A DNA stretch of 64,000 nt from an uncultured Verrucomicrobiota bacterium (GCA_937860055.1 CALMBO010000002.1:4594-68593), one strand, 5' to 3'. Shown: positions 1 to 9,235, counted from the stretch's first letter. Notes: generated by a model from the sequence alone, not told the origin. Numbers and translations are program-made.

Positions 1-857
1 GCCACGAACCGCCATTCCTGGTTCGCCAGGCTGAATTCGCGCGCGAAGCGGAACGGGCCGCCGGCGTCCGCCGCGCCGTCCGCCGGCTCCAGCCGGACCA
101 CGAGGCCGCGCGCCCCGTCGCCCATCGCCGTCTCCAGCACGCGCTCCGGCTGGAACAGCCCCGCCGCGAAACCGACCAGTTCGAACACGCCATCCACCGG
201 CCCGTACACGATCGGAGCGAACATGTACAGCCCGGCACCCGCCGCCCCCGCCTCCAACCCCACCGGCGCCCCTCCCAGCGCGAACACCCCCACCTTCTCC
301 ATCGACGCGATCGCCGCCCGGTCCTCCGCGCGCGCGCCAAAGTCGTATCCCGGCGAAACGCCCAGCCCCCCCGGCGGCGTCTGGTAGGTCAGCACGAAAT
401 ACTCCGCCTGCTCCGGCATCGCCTCGAACCCGCCCTTGCCGTCGGATCTCACGATGGGATGCCCGGCGCCGCCTTCCTTCTCGTAGGTCGCCCGCATCCC
501 GTGCGGAAGGCGCTGGGCGAATCCGTACGCCCCGAGGATCCGCCGCTGGTAGATCATGCCCTTGCGCACGATCTCGTCGAACGCCGCCGGCGTCACCTGG
601 TCGGAAAGGCTGTGGAGCTGCCGGATGGAATCGAGCACCTCCATGAACAACTGGATCTCCCGCAGCGTTCGCGCGAACAGCTTGTCCGAGGCCTGCTGGA
701 ATTCGCGCTCGATCCGCGCGCTCTCCTGCCGCCCCTGCGCCCGCGCCAGCCACGCCGTCGTCCCCACCCCCAGCACCAGCACCAGCACGGCCAACGCCAC
801 CTGCCCCCCCGCCGTGCGGATGGCCTTCGCCTTCTCCGGCGCGTTTTTCCCTGCCAT
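1..857 (-). CDS. CHASE-like periplasmic sensor protein, N-terminal part (gene continues beyond window start)
   Basis: Own reverse-strand translation from ATG at 857: MAGKNAPEKAKAIRTAGGQVALAVLVLVLGVGTTAWLARAQGRQES... This gives a short N-terminus plus a TM helix. An extracytoplasmic region follows (FMEVLDSIRQLHSLSDQVTPAAFDEIV, ILGAYGFAQRLP, YFVLTYQTPP) that resembles CHASE sensor domains. The track does not list it because there is no stop inside the window. Confidence 0.5.
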   Translation of the reverse strand, partial: MAGKNAPEKAKAIRTAGGQVALAVLVLVLGVGTTAWLARAQGRQESARIEREFQQASDKLFARTLREIQLFMEVLDSIRQLHSLSDQVTPAAFDEIVRKGMIYQRRILGAYGFAQRLPHGMRATYEKEGGAGHPIVRSDGKGGFEAMPEQAEYFVLTYQTPPGGLGVSPGYDFGARAEDRAAIASMEKVGVFALGGAPVGLEAGAAGAGLYMFAPIVYGPVDGVFELVGFAAGLFQPERVLETAMGDGARGLVVRLEPADGAADAGGPFRFAREFSLANQEWRFV

Positions 858-981
858 GCCGTCTTGCATCGGAACCGGAGCCTACACCCGCGCCACGCCG
901 CCGCGCGACTCGAAAAAGCGCCCCGCGGAACTTTGTTGCCGTTCCGCCGGCCCCGTGCCAAAGTGGCTCGCGGTCAGGCGC

Positions 982-1344
982 ATGAAAAACAGTTTCCAGA
1001 TCCCCCGTTCCGCCGGCTTCACGCTCATCGAGGTGCTGGTCTCGCTCGGCCTCTGCGCCCTGCTGGCCACCGCCGCCGCCTCCGCCGTCGCCTTCGCCTC
1101 CCGCACCGAACGCGCCGCCTCGCGCGACAGCGTCGCCTCCCTGCTGATCCAGTCCCTCTACGCCGCCCAGCGCCTCCGCCCCGACGAACTCCCCTTCGCC
1201 CCCCCCGGTTTCCGCGTCGACCACGCCACCGAGATCGCCAAGGTCTCCGACGACCTCCTGCAGGAATGGCACCTGCTCGCCGTCGCCGCCGACGGCAACG
1301 AAATCCCCCCCTTCACCCTCCGCATCCTGGAGGTCGCGCCATGA
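982..1344 (+). CDS. prepilin-type N-terminal cleavage/methylation domain protein (pseudopilin-like)
   Basis: MKNSFQIPRSAGFTLIEVLVSLGL carries the G/FTLIE prepilin motif. The upstream part of track ORF 556..1344 is an implausible extension. The stop overlaps the next start (ATGA at 1341). Confidence 0.7.
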   Translation: MKNSFQIPRSAGFTLIEVLVSLGLCALLATAAASAVAFASRTERAASRDSVASLLIQSLYAAQRLRPDELPFAPPGFRVDHATEIAKVSDDLLQEWHLLAVAADGNEIPPFTLRILEVAP

Positions 1345-2642
1345 GCGAAGCGGCATCCAAAACCCTCGTCATCCTCGCCGCCGCCCTCGGCTGGGATCTC
1401 GTCCGAAAGCACAAGCCCGCGACGAAGATTACCTTCCGCCCCGTCGCCCCCGGCCCCCTCTCGCTCACCTGCCCTGCGCAGGCCACGCTGCGCACCGCCC
1501 TCCCGCCGTCGCGCCACGGCGTCGTCGCCTCGGGTGGATTCCACCGCGACCTCGCCCGCCCCTTTTTCTGGGAGCAGTCCGCCGCGCTCGTGCAGGGAAG
1601 CCGCATCTGGGAGGACGCCCGCGCCGCCGGCCAGACCGTCGGCATGGCCTTCTGGCAGCAAAGCCTCGGCGAACAGCTCGACCTCGTGATCTCCCCCAAG
1701 CCCATCCACCGCCACCACGGCGGAATCGTCATGGATTGCTACTCGCGCCCCGAACCCCTCTACGCCGACCTCTGCGACTCCATCGGCCGCCGCTTCGACC
1801 TCTACCACTACTGGGGTCCCCTCGCCCGCGCCAAGGTCGGCCGCTGGATCTCCGAGGCCACCCTCCGCCTCCTCGCCCGCCCCGATGCCCCCGACCACCT
1901 CTTCGTCTACCTCCCTTCCCTCGACTACGACCTCCAGCGCCACGGCCCCGATTCCCCCCAGGCCGCCGCCGCCCTCGCCGAAACCCTCTCCCAAATCGAA
2001 CCCCTCGTCGCCGCCTCCGAGGCGCAGGGCCGCGAGTGGCTCCTCGCCGGCGACTACGCCATCGAACCCGTCGTCCCCGGCGACGGCGCTGTCTTCCCCA
2101 ACCGCCTCCTTCGCGACGCCGGCCTCTTCCACACGCGCGAAACCGCCCGCATGCTCTATCCCGATTTCTTCACGTCGCGCGCCTTCGCCATCGTCGATCA
2201 CCAGGTCGCCCACGTCCACGTGCCCGATCCGGCCGACCTTCCGCGCGTCCGCGAACGCCTCGCCGCCGAACCCGGCATCGCCGAAATCCTCGACCGCGCC
2301 GCCCAGTCCGAGCGCGACCTCTACTGCGCCGAACGCTCCGGCGACCTCCTCCTCGTCGCCGCGCCCGGCCGCTGGTTCGCCTATCCCTGGTGGACCGATC
2401 CCCGCCAGGCGCCCGACTACGCGAACCAGATGGACATCCACAACAAGCCCGGTTTCGATCCCTGCGAGCTCTTCTTCGGCTTCCCCCCGCCGCACACCTC
2501 GCAAAAGACGGAAAAAATCCGCGGCACCCACGGCCGGTCCGGCGCCGGACACGAAATCGCCGCCGCCGGCCTTTTCCCCGAGGCCAGGACCTTCCTCGAC
2601 CTCGCCGCCGCCCTCCGGACCCGCTTTTCCCCGGCGCACTAG
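1341..2642 (+). CDS. alkaline phosphatase superfamily protein (nucleotide pyrophosphatase/phosphodiesterase-like)
   Basis: This is the last 433 aa of track ORF 459..2642, starting at MSEAASKTLVILAAALGWD. Segments SLTCPAQATLRTALPPSRHGV, LFVYLPSLDYDLQRHGP and VDHQVAHVHV look like AlkP/NPP metal-site blocks. Family-level call only. Confidence 0.6.
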   Translation: MSEAASKTLVILAAALGWDLVRKHKPATKITFRPVAPGPLSLTCPAQATLRTALPPSRHGVVASGGFHRDLARPFFWEQSAALVQGSRIWEDARAAGQTVGMAFWQQSLGEQLDLVISPKPIHRHHGGIVMDCYSRPEPLYADLCDSIGRRFDLYHYWGPLARAKVGRWISEATLRLLARPDAPDHLFVYLPSLDYDLQRHGPDSPQAAAALAETLSQIEPLVAASEAQGREWLLAGDYAIEPVVPGDGAVFPNRLLRDAGLFHTRETARMLYPDFFTSRAFAIVDHQVAHVHVPDPADLPRVRERLAAEPGIAEILDRAAQSERDLYCAERSGDLLLVAAPGRWFAYPWWTDPRQAPDYANQMDIHNKPGFDPCELFFGFPPPHTSQKTEKIRGTHGRSGAGHEIAAAGLFPEARTFLDLAAALRTRFSPAH

Positions 2643-2681
2643 GGCCGGTGAATCCCGCAAGGCGACCCGGCCAACCGCCGG

Positions 2682-2733
2682 TTTTCCATGCAATGGAAAA
2701 AGTTTCCGCGGTTTTTCCGCAGCAATGGAAAAA
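2682..2733. repeat. TTTTCCA-N-TGGAAAA palindrome cluster A (2 copies)
   Basis: TTTTCCATGCAATGGAAAA (2682-2700, perfect) and TTTTTCCGCAGCAATGGAAAAA (2712-2733, degenerate). Confidence 0.9.
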
Positions 2734-2822
2734 CTTTGAACGGCAAGGCCCGGCGACGGCGGCCGGCGGCCTTCGTTTCGTAGTGGCCAAGGTCATCCGG
2801 TTTTCCTATCTTGGCCTCATCC

Positions 2823-5351
2823 ATGTTGCCCATCCATGCCATCCGCAACGATCTCGCCGCCGCGTTGAAACGCTCGCGCCGGATCATCCTGACCGCGCCC
2901 ACCGGCTCGGGTAAATCCACGCAGGTGCCGCAGATGCTGCTGGACATGGGCGCGCTGGGCGACGGCAAGGCCGTCATCCTCCAGCCCCGGCGCCTCGCCA
3001 CGCGCCTGCTGGCCAAGCGCGTCGCCGAGGAGCGCGGCGTGAAGCTCGGCGGCGAAGTCGGCTACCAGATCCGCTTCGAATCCGTCTGCGGCGCCGAAAC
3101 GCGCATCCATTTCGAGACCGAGGGCATCCTCCTGCGCCAGATGCTTTCGCAGCCCGACCTGCCCGGCGTCTCCGCGATCCTCTTCGATGAATTCCACGAG
3201 CGCCACGTCTACGGCGACGTCACCCTCGCCCAGGCCCTGCAGCTCCAGAAAACCTCGCGCCCCGACCTGCTCCTGATCGTGATGTCGGCCACGCTCGACA
3301 CGCGCCTGCTCCAGCCCTACCTGGAACCGTGCGAACTCGTCCATTCCGAGGGCCGCGCCTTCCCCGTCGGGATCGAGCACATTCCCCGCCCGCTGCATCC
3401 CGACCGCGACACGCCGTGGGACGCCGCCGCGGCCGCCTACGAGAGGGCCACGCGCGAGGGCCACAATCCGGCCGACACGCTCATCTTCATGCCCGGCGCC
3501 TATGAGATCCAGCGCACCCTCGATGCTCTGCGCCAGACCGATGCCGCCAAGGGCGCCCTCCTCCTCCCCCTCCACGGCGAACTGCCGCCGCAGGACCAGG
3601 ACGCCGCCGTCGCCCGCTACGACCGCCGGAAGATCGTCGTCGCCACCAACGTCGCCGAAACCTCGCTCACCATCGACGGCATCCGCCTCGTGATCGACGC
3701 CGGCCTCGCCCGCGTCGCCCGCTTCGATCCCTGGCGCGGCATCAACACGCTCCTGGTCGAGAACATCTCGCGCGCCTCCGCCGACCAGCGCGCCGGCCGC
3801 GCCGGCCGCACCGCCCCCGGCCATGCCATCCGCCTTTGGACGGAAAACGAGCATGCCGGCCGCGCCGGACACGACCTCCCCGAAATCAAGCGCGTCGACC
3901 CTTCGGAAATCCTCCTCACGCTCAAGGCCCTCGGCGTGCGCGATGTCGTCGCCTATCCCTGGCTGGAGCCGCCCGAGCCCAAGGCGCTTGAACGCGCGCT
4001 GACGCTCCTGCGCGACCTCGGCGCGCTCGACGCCGGCGGCGCGCCCACCCCCCTCGGCCTGCGCATGCTGTCGTTTCCCGTCCACCCGCGCTACGCGCGC
4101 ATGCTTCTCGCCGCCGGCGAACGCGGCGCCGTGCGCCCCGTCTCGCTCATCGCCGCCATCGCGCAGGGCCGCCCCCTTCTCGTCCGCAATGCCGGCAAAC
4201 AGGCCGCCGAACAGCGCCGCGACATGCTGGGCGGCGGCGGCTCCGACCTCTTCGTGCTCATGCGCGCATTCAACTACGCGCGCCAGAACCGCTTCGACCT
4301 CGACCGCTGCCGCCGCCTCGGCATCCATGCCGCCGCCGCCCGCCAGGTCGGCCCGCTCTGGGACCACTTCCTCCGCATTGCCGGATCGCAGGGCCTCCCC
4401 GTCGAATCTTCGCCCCCCGAGGACGAGGAGATCGCCAAATGCGTCCTCGCCGGATTCTCCGACCAGGTCGGCCGCCGCCTCGATCGCGGCACGCTCCGCT
4501 GCGACCTCGTCCACAAGCGCCGCGGCGAACTCGCCCGGGAATCCGTCACCGACGAGGCCCCCCTGCTCGTCGCCAACGAGATCCACGAGATCGGCCGCGG
4601 CGACGGCGAGGTCAATGTCCTCCTCACCCAGGCCACCGCCATCCGCGAGGAATGGCTGCGCGAACTGTTCCCCAACGATTTCTCGGAACGCGTGGCCGTC
4701 GAATGGGATTCCTCCGCCAAGCGCGCCGTCGCCCGCCGCGAGGTCGTCTTCCGCGACCTTGCCCTCGATTCGCGCCCCCTCGACCCGCCGCCGGCCGAGG
4801 AGGCCGCGCGCCTGCTGGCCGCCGCCGTCCTCTCCGGCGAATGCGTCCTCAAGGACTGGGACCGCGCCGTGGACCAGTGGATCGCGCGCGTGAACCTGCT
4901 GGCCAAGGCCTGTCCCGATTGGGAGCTGCCCGCCTATGACGACGCCGCGCGCGAACTGCTCGTCCAGCAGATCTGCCACGGCGCCGTCTCCTACAAGGAC
5001 ATCAAGGACCGCCCCGTCCTCCACGCCGTCAAATCCCTCCTCTCCCCCGCCCAGCTTGCGCTCGTCGAGAAGCACATGCCCGAACGCATCGTGCTTTCCA
5101 ACGGGCGCGGCGTGAAGGTCCAGTACGACGGCGCCGCGGAACCCTTCGTTTCCGCCCGCATCCAGGAATTGTTCGGCGTCGAGTCGCTTCCCGCCCTTGC
5201 CGCGGGCCGCATCCCCCTCGTCATCCACATCCTCGCCCCCAGCCAGCGCCCCGTCCAGATCACCAAGGACCTCCCCGGCTTCTGGCGCGACCACTATCCG
5301 CGCATCAAGCAGGAACTGCGCCGGAAATATCCCAAGCACGAGTGGCGCTAG
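2823..5351 (+). CDS. hrpB: ATP-dependent RNA helicase HrpB (DEAH-box)
   Basis: LTAPTGSGKSTQVPQ (Walker A), FDEFHERH (DEAH-type), SATL and QRAGRAGR are present, plus the long HrpB C-terminal domain. I prefer the ATG at 2823 to the track TTG at 2811. Confidence 0.9.
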   Translation: MLPIHAIRNDLAAALKRSRRIILTAPTGSGKSTQVPQMLLDMGALGDGKAVILQPRRLATRLLAKRVAEERGVKLGGEVGYQIRFESVCGAETRIHFETEGILLRQMLSQPDLPGVSAILFDEFHERHVYGDVTLAQALQLQKTSRPDLLLIVMSATLDTRLLQPYLEPCELVHSEGRAFPVGIEHIPRPLHPDRDTPWDAAAAAYERATREGHNPADTLIFMPGAYEIQRTLDALRQTDAAKGALLLPLHGELPPQDQDAAVARYDRRKIVVATNVAETSLTIDGIRLVIDAGLARVARFDPWRGINTLLVENISRASADQRAGRAGRTAPGHAIRLWTENEHAGRAGHDLPEIKRVDPSEILLTLKALGVRDVVAYPWLEPPEPKALERALTLLRDLGALDAGGAPTPLGLRMLSFPVHPRYARMLLAAGERGAVRPVSLIAAIAQGRPLLVRNAGKQAAEQRRDMLGGGGSDLFVLMRAFNYARQNRFDLDRCRRLGIHAAAARQVGPLWDHFLRIAGSQGLPVESSPPEDEEIAKCVLAGFSDQVGRRLDRGTLRCDLVHKRRGELARESVTDEAPLLVANEIHEIGRGDGEVNVLLTQATAIREEWLRELFPNDFSERVAVEWDSSAKRAVARREVVFRDLALDSRPLDPPPAEEAARLLAAAVLSGECVLKDWDRAVDQWIARVNLLAKACPDWELPAYDDAARELLVQQICHGAVSYKDIKDRPVLHAVKSLLSPAQLALVEKHMPERIVLSNGRGVKVQYDGAAEPFVSARIQELFGVESLPALAAGRIPLVIHILAPSQRPVQITKDLPGFWRDHYPRIKQELRRKYPKHEWR

Positions 5352-5360
5352 GGCATTTTG

Positions 5361-5440
5361 GTTGTAGCCGCAGAATCCCGATGTAGGCCGGGTGCCCCCA
5401 CCCGGCGAAATCCCGCCCGGTCAGGGGACCGGGCCTACAC
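5361..5440. repeat. REP-like GC-rich nested hairpin with GTAG..CTAC ends between convergent hrpB and dnaG
   Basis: TGTAGGCCGGGT(5382..) pairs with ACCGGGCCTACA(..5440). Inner hairpins are GGGTG-CCCC-CACCC and CCCGG-TCAGGGGA-CCGGG. A partial TGTAGCCGCAG copy lies at 5362. Confidence 0.6.
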
Positions 5441-5448
5441 CCCGAATC

Positions 5449-7311
5449 TCAACCCTGGCCCTCCGCGAGCTTCTGCAGATAGAGCTCGATGATCGGGTGC
5501 GCCTGCGCCCAGCCCAGCTTCATCTTGCCCTGGTCGAGCAGCATCTGCGCGAATTCCTGCATCACCTGCTGGCGCGCCGCCCCCTCCAGCTCCTTCAGGT
5601 GCCGGCCCAGCTCGGTCCGCCTCTCATCGAGGTGGCGCTGCCAGATGCGGAGGATCAGGTCCTGCGCCGCCTTCTCCGCCCCCATGTCCTTCTCCGTCCC
5701 CAGCACCTTCTGGGGCGCATTGACGATCTGCGCGGCGAGGGCCTTGCACTCCTCGCTTTCCTCGTCGAGCGCGGCCATGAGATCGGACTCCTCCTCGGCC
5801 AGCGCATGGATGACGGCGCGGCAGGCGGGATCGGCGATCAGGGGATACGGCAGCCAGCGCCGCACCAGGCCTGCCAGCTCGGGATCGCCGTGCGTGCCCA
5901 GCAGCGTGGCCAGCTCCATTTCCTCCACCGGCCGCTTCGACGGCGCGTGGACGGGGGCTGGTTCCGCCGCGCCGGCCGGCGGCGCGGAACGGAATTTCTG
6001 GCGGACAGCCGCCTTCAGGTCGCGCCGCAGCGCGTCGTAGCCGATGCCCAGCCCGCCCGCCGCCTCGCGCAGCATCTGCTCGGTCTGCACCGCGCCCTGC
6101 GCGTGCGTGGCCAGGTCGACCGCCGCGCGCGTGGCGCGCAGCAGTCCCTCCTGCGAACGCAGGTCTTCCTTTTCCGCCAGGACGCCGAGCAGGAATCCCA
6201 TCGGCGTCTTCACGCTCTTCAGCACGGCGGCGAAGGCTTCGGGGCCCTTCTTCAGGATGAGCGAATCGGGATCTTCGCCGGCGGGCAGCGCGGCAAGCGA
6301 GACGGCCAGGCCTTCCGCCACGAGCAGCTCCGCGCTGCGCAGCGCCGCCTTCTGCCCCGCCGCGTCCGCGTCGAGCACGATGACGACATGGTCCGCATAG
6401 CGCTTGAGCAGGCGCGCATGCTCCTCGGTGAAGGCGGTTCCCTGCGAGGCCACCGTGTTCCTGAAACCACCCAGGTGGCACCGGATGCAGTCGATCTGCC
6501 CCTCGCACAGGAGCGCCTGCCGCGCATCGAGGACCTCGCGCTTGGCCTTGTCCAGCCCGAACAGGATGCGGCTCTTGCGGAACACCGCCGTCTCCGGCGT
6601 GTTGACGTATTTGCCCACCGACTTGTCGTCCGTCTTCAGCACGCGCCCGCTGAAACCCACCGCGCGCCCCAGCTCGTCGCGGATGGTGAACATCACTCGT
6701 CCGCGGAAGCGGTCGTAGAGGTTCCCCTTCTCGTTGGTGGAGAGGAGCCCCGCCGCCTCCAGCGCCTTCATCTTGGGCCCGTTGCGCGGCCCGGCCGGAT
6801 CGGACAGGAATCCCCACCCCTCCGGCGCATAGCCGATGCCCCATTCCTTCCACACCGCCGGCTCCAGCGACCGCTTGGCCAGGTACGCCCGAGCCGCCGC
6901 CGCCTCGGGGCTCTCCAGCAGCTCCTTCTGGTAGCGCTTGGAGGCCTCCTCGTTCGCCGCGAAGATCTCGTCCTTCGCCGGACCGCCCGCCGGACCGCCG
7001 GTACGGCCTTCGTCGAACTGGAGCGCGATGCCCGCGCGCCCCGCCAGCATCCGCAACGCCGTCGGGAAATCCACGTTCTCGTACATCATCACGAACTTGA
7101 ACACGTCCCCGCCCGCGCCGCAGCCGAAGCAATGGAACGCCTGCCGCGCCGGATTGACGTGGAACGACGGCGTCTTCTCCTTGTGGAACGGGCACAGCGC
7201 CTTGGCCACGTGCCCCGCCCGCTTGACCTGGATGTAGGAACCGATGACGTCCGCGATGTCCAGCGAGTTGCGGATCTGGTCGATCGTTTCCTTGGAGACC
7301 ATTCCCGCCAT
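5449..7311 (-). CDS. dnaG: DNA primase
   Basis: Zinc-ribbon CPFHKEKTPSFHVNPARQAFHCFGCGAGGD, a TOPRIM region (LLCEGQIDCI, VIVLDADAAGQKA) and a helicase-binding C-terminus. Confidence 0.95.
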   Translation of the reverse strand: MAGMVSKETIDQIRNSLDIADVIGSYIQVKRAGHVAKALCPFHKEKTPSFHVNPARQAFHCFGCGAGGDVFKFVMMYENVDFPTALRMLAGRAGIALQFDEGRTGGPAGGPAKDEIFAANEEASKRYQKELLESPEAAAARAYLAKRSLEPAVWKEWGIGYAPEGWGFLSDPAGPRNGPKMKALEAAGLLSTNEKGNLYDRFRGRVMFTIRDELGRAVGFSGRVLKTDDKSVGKYVNTPETAVFRKSRILFGLDKAKREVLDARQALLCEGQIDCIRCHLGGFRNTVASQGTAFTEEHARLLKRYADHVVIVLDADAAGQKAALRSAELLVAEGLAVSLAALPAGEDPDSLILKKGPEAFAAVLKSVKTPMGFLLGVLAEKEDLRSQEGLLRATRAAVDLATHAQGAVQTEQMLREAAGGLGIGYDALRRDLKAAVRQKFRSAPPAGAAEPAPVHAPSKRPVEEMELATLLGTHGDPELAGLVRRWLPYPLIADPACRAVIHALAEEESDLMAALDEESEECKALAAQIVNAPQKVLGTEKDMGAEKAAQDLILRIWQRHLDERRTELGRHLKELEGAARQQVMQEFAQMLLDQGKMKLGWAQAHPIIELYLQKLAEGQG

Positions 7312-7318
7312 CGCCGCC

Positions 7319-7930
7319 CTACTCCTCCGGAGCGAACATCGGCTCCGCCTGGAGGATGCCTTCGCCCTCTTCGGGCAGCGGCGGCATCACGGCCTGCGGC
7401 GCCGCGAGGCCGACGGGGATTTCCGCCTGGATCATCGCGGCCTTCTCCGCCAGCGCGTTGTAGCCCTCCACCAGCACCGGCAGGACGGCGCGCCCCGTCG
7501 CCGAATCGATCATCACCGCCCGCTGCAGCCAAGACGACGGCAGGAAGCTCGCCGCCAGCAGCAGGACCAGGAAAATCACGCCCAGCCGGCAGACCCCCGC
7601 CAGCAGGCCGCCCATCCGCTCGACCAGCCCCTTGAAGGAAAACGTCATCATCGCCCCGAGCGCGATCCGCAGCAGCCGCATGCCATAGAGCGACAGCAGC
7701 GCCAGCGCCACCACCGCCACCAGGCGCGTCATCCCCGGATCCCAGCCCCATTGCCCGCAGATCCAGAGGGAAACCGGCTCGTAGAACAGCCGCGTCACGA
7801 CCACGGCCACCACCATGCCGATCAACGTGGCCAGCTCGTGCGAAAGCCCGCGCACCAGCCCCATCGCCGCGCCGTAGAGCAGGACGACGGCGAACAGCCC
7901 GTCCACCCAGTTGTACATCGTCCAGTCCAT
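7319..7930 (-). CDS. cvpA: CvpA family membrane protein
   Basis: MDWTMYNWVDGLFAVVLLYGAAMGLVRGLSHE... with four hydrophobic helices. It is the distal part of track ORF 7319..8479, and the ATG is at 7930. Confidence 0.7.
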   Translation of the reverse strand: MDWTMYNWVDGLFAVVLLYGAAMGLVRGLSHELATLIGMVVAVVVTRLFYEPVSLWICGQWGWDPGMTRLVAVVALALLSLYGMRLLRIALGAMMTFSFKGLVERMGGLLAGVCRLGVIFLVLLLAASFLPSSWLQRAVMIDSATGRAVLPVLVEGYNALAEKAAMIQAEIPVGLAAPQAVMPPLPEEGEGILQAEPMFAPEE

Positions 7931-7953
7931 GCGCCCTCTCCTTCCCTCCCCGC

Positions 7954-8463
7954 CTAGCCTTTCGCCCCTTCGGCGGGAGGCTCCGCCTCCAGCTCGCAGC
8001 CCAGCATGATCCCTTCGTCGAACAGGAACCGCCCGCTGAAGCGGCGGCCTTGCAGCAGGAGGGGATACCACAGCCGGTCGTCGGCCCACATCTGGCCATA
8101 GGGCATCTCGCGCTCGTCCACCCACAGCGGGATCGCCTCGACGGTTTCCGTGGGCACGCCCTCGTAGGACGACGCCGTGAAGACATGGCACCGCAGCGAA
8201 TAACCGTCGGTGAACTGGAAGGCCAGCACCCCCGCCTCGCGGACGCCGATGGGCGTCACGTGCAATTCCTCCTGCGCCTCCCGGATCGCGCCCTGCTCCG
8301 GCGTCTCCCCCGGATCCACCCGGCCGCCCGGCGCGTTGATGAGCCCCGCGCCCATCCCCATCAGCTTGCGGATCAGCAGCACCATGCCGTCCATGCGCAC
8401 GAACATCAGCGTCGCCGTCTCGCGCGGCGTCCATTCCGACCAGTCGATCTTGGAAAACTTCAC
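7954..8463 (-). CDS. NUDIX hydrolase (MutT-like)
   Basis: Nudix box GGRVDPGETPEQGAIREAQEELHV. The start codon is GTG. Confidence 0.85.
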   Translation of the reverse strand: MKFSKIDWSEWTPRETATLMFVRMDGMVLLIRKLMGMGAGLINAPGGRVDPGETPEQGAIREAQEELHVTPIGVREAGVLAFQFTDGYSLRCHVFTASSYEGVPTETVEAIPLWVDEREMPYGQMWADDRLWYPLLLQGRRFSGRFLFDEGIMLGCELEAEPPAEGAKG

Positions 8464-8556
8464 AACACTCCTTCGGCAACCATCGCCGGGAAGACTAGCA
8501 CGGGGAAGGCGGCCGCGGAAAGCAAAACAGCCCCCGGGAAGGCGGCAGGGCGGCGC

Positions 8557-9126
8557 CTACTGGACCCGCTGGACGAAATCGCCCGTGCGCGTATCCACGC
8601 GGACCCGTTCGCCCTGTTCCATGTATTCGGGCACCTGCAGCTCCAGCCCGGTCTCCAGCTTCGCCGTCTTCGTCCGCGCCGTCACGCTCGCCCCGCGCAT
8701 CGAAGGCGCGCATTCCGCGATCGCCAGATCCACCGAATCGGGCAGCTGGATGCACAGCACCTTGCTCCCCTGCATCAGGGCCTTGATGCCCTCCATGCCG
8801 TCGACCAGGTACGGAACCGCGTCCCCGATCTCGTCGGCCATCAGCTCGAACTGGCTGTAGTCCTCCATGTCCATGAACGTGAACCGGTCGCCCTCCCGGA
8901 AGCTGAACGCCACCAGCCGCGTGTCGAAATCGGTTTCCTTCACCGGGTCGTCCCCCTTGAAGGTCTGGTCCAGCTTGGCGCGCGTGCGCACGTTGCGGAA
9001 CCGGATCTTGTAGAGCGTGGCCGCCCCCCGCGCGGAAGGCGACTGCACCCGCAGCTGCTCCACCACATGCGGGTCGCCATGGATCTCTACCACGCTGTTC
9101 TTCGTCAAATCGCAAGCCTTGATCAT
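8557..9126 (-). CDS. efpL: elongation factor P-like protein, YeiP/EfpL subfamily
   Basis: 189 aa. The loop QSPSARGAATLYKIRF, FKGDD, FMDMEDY and LETGLELQVPEYMEQGERVRV follow the E. coli YeiP pattern as I recall it, rather than the canonical EF-P PGKG loop. Confidence 0.8.
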   Translation of the reverse strand: MIKACDLTKNSVVEIHGDPHVVEQLRVQSPSARGAATLYKIRFRNVRTRAKLDQTFKGDDPVKETDFDTRLVAFSFREGDRFTFMDMEDYSQFELMADEIGDAVPYLVDGMEGIKALMQGSKVLCIQLPDSVDLAIAECAPSMRGASVTARTKTAKLETGLELQVPEYMEQGERVRVDTRTGDFVQRVQ

Positions 9127-9235
9127 CGGGGTCCTTTCGGAAAAGGGGTGTTTTTTGAAGAAATGCCCTTTTTTATATTCAAAACGGTGTATTTTTATGT
9201 CATAAGACCCTCAATTGCAAGTTGGAGCCTCAGCC

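Noticed and set aside
459-2642. 727-aa track ORF spanning the first 2.6 kb
   Set aside because: The first roughly 290 residues are an Arg/Pro/His-rich low-complexity read-through in the same frame. They run antisense to the CHASE-like sensor gene and across the pseudopilin gene region. Recognisable protein sequence starts only at MSEAASK (1341). The real genes are complement(1..857), 982..1344 and 1341..2642.
1341-2642. Calling the AlkP/NPP-family gene eboF and joining it to the TatD/UbiA pair at 57.9 kb
   Set aside because: The gene is 55 kb away, is translationally coupled to a pseudopilin-like gene instead, and gets only a family-level assignment. The link is speculative, so I mention it only as a check.
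2817-5339. 840-aa antisense ORF mirroring hrpB, with similar long shadows at 5392-7635, 13850-15334, 43504-45168, 50996-52867, 54224-56548 and 60668-63316
   Set aside because: The composition is dominated by Gly/Ala/Asp/Glu/Val/Arg with no recognisable motifs. Each lies exactly opposite a gene with strong family signatures. These are the typical stop-poor antisense frames of high-GC DNA.
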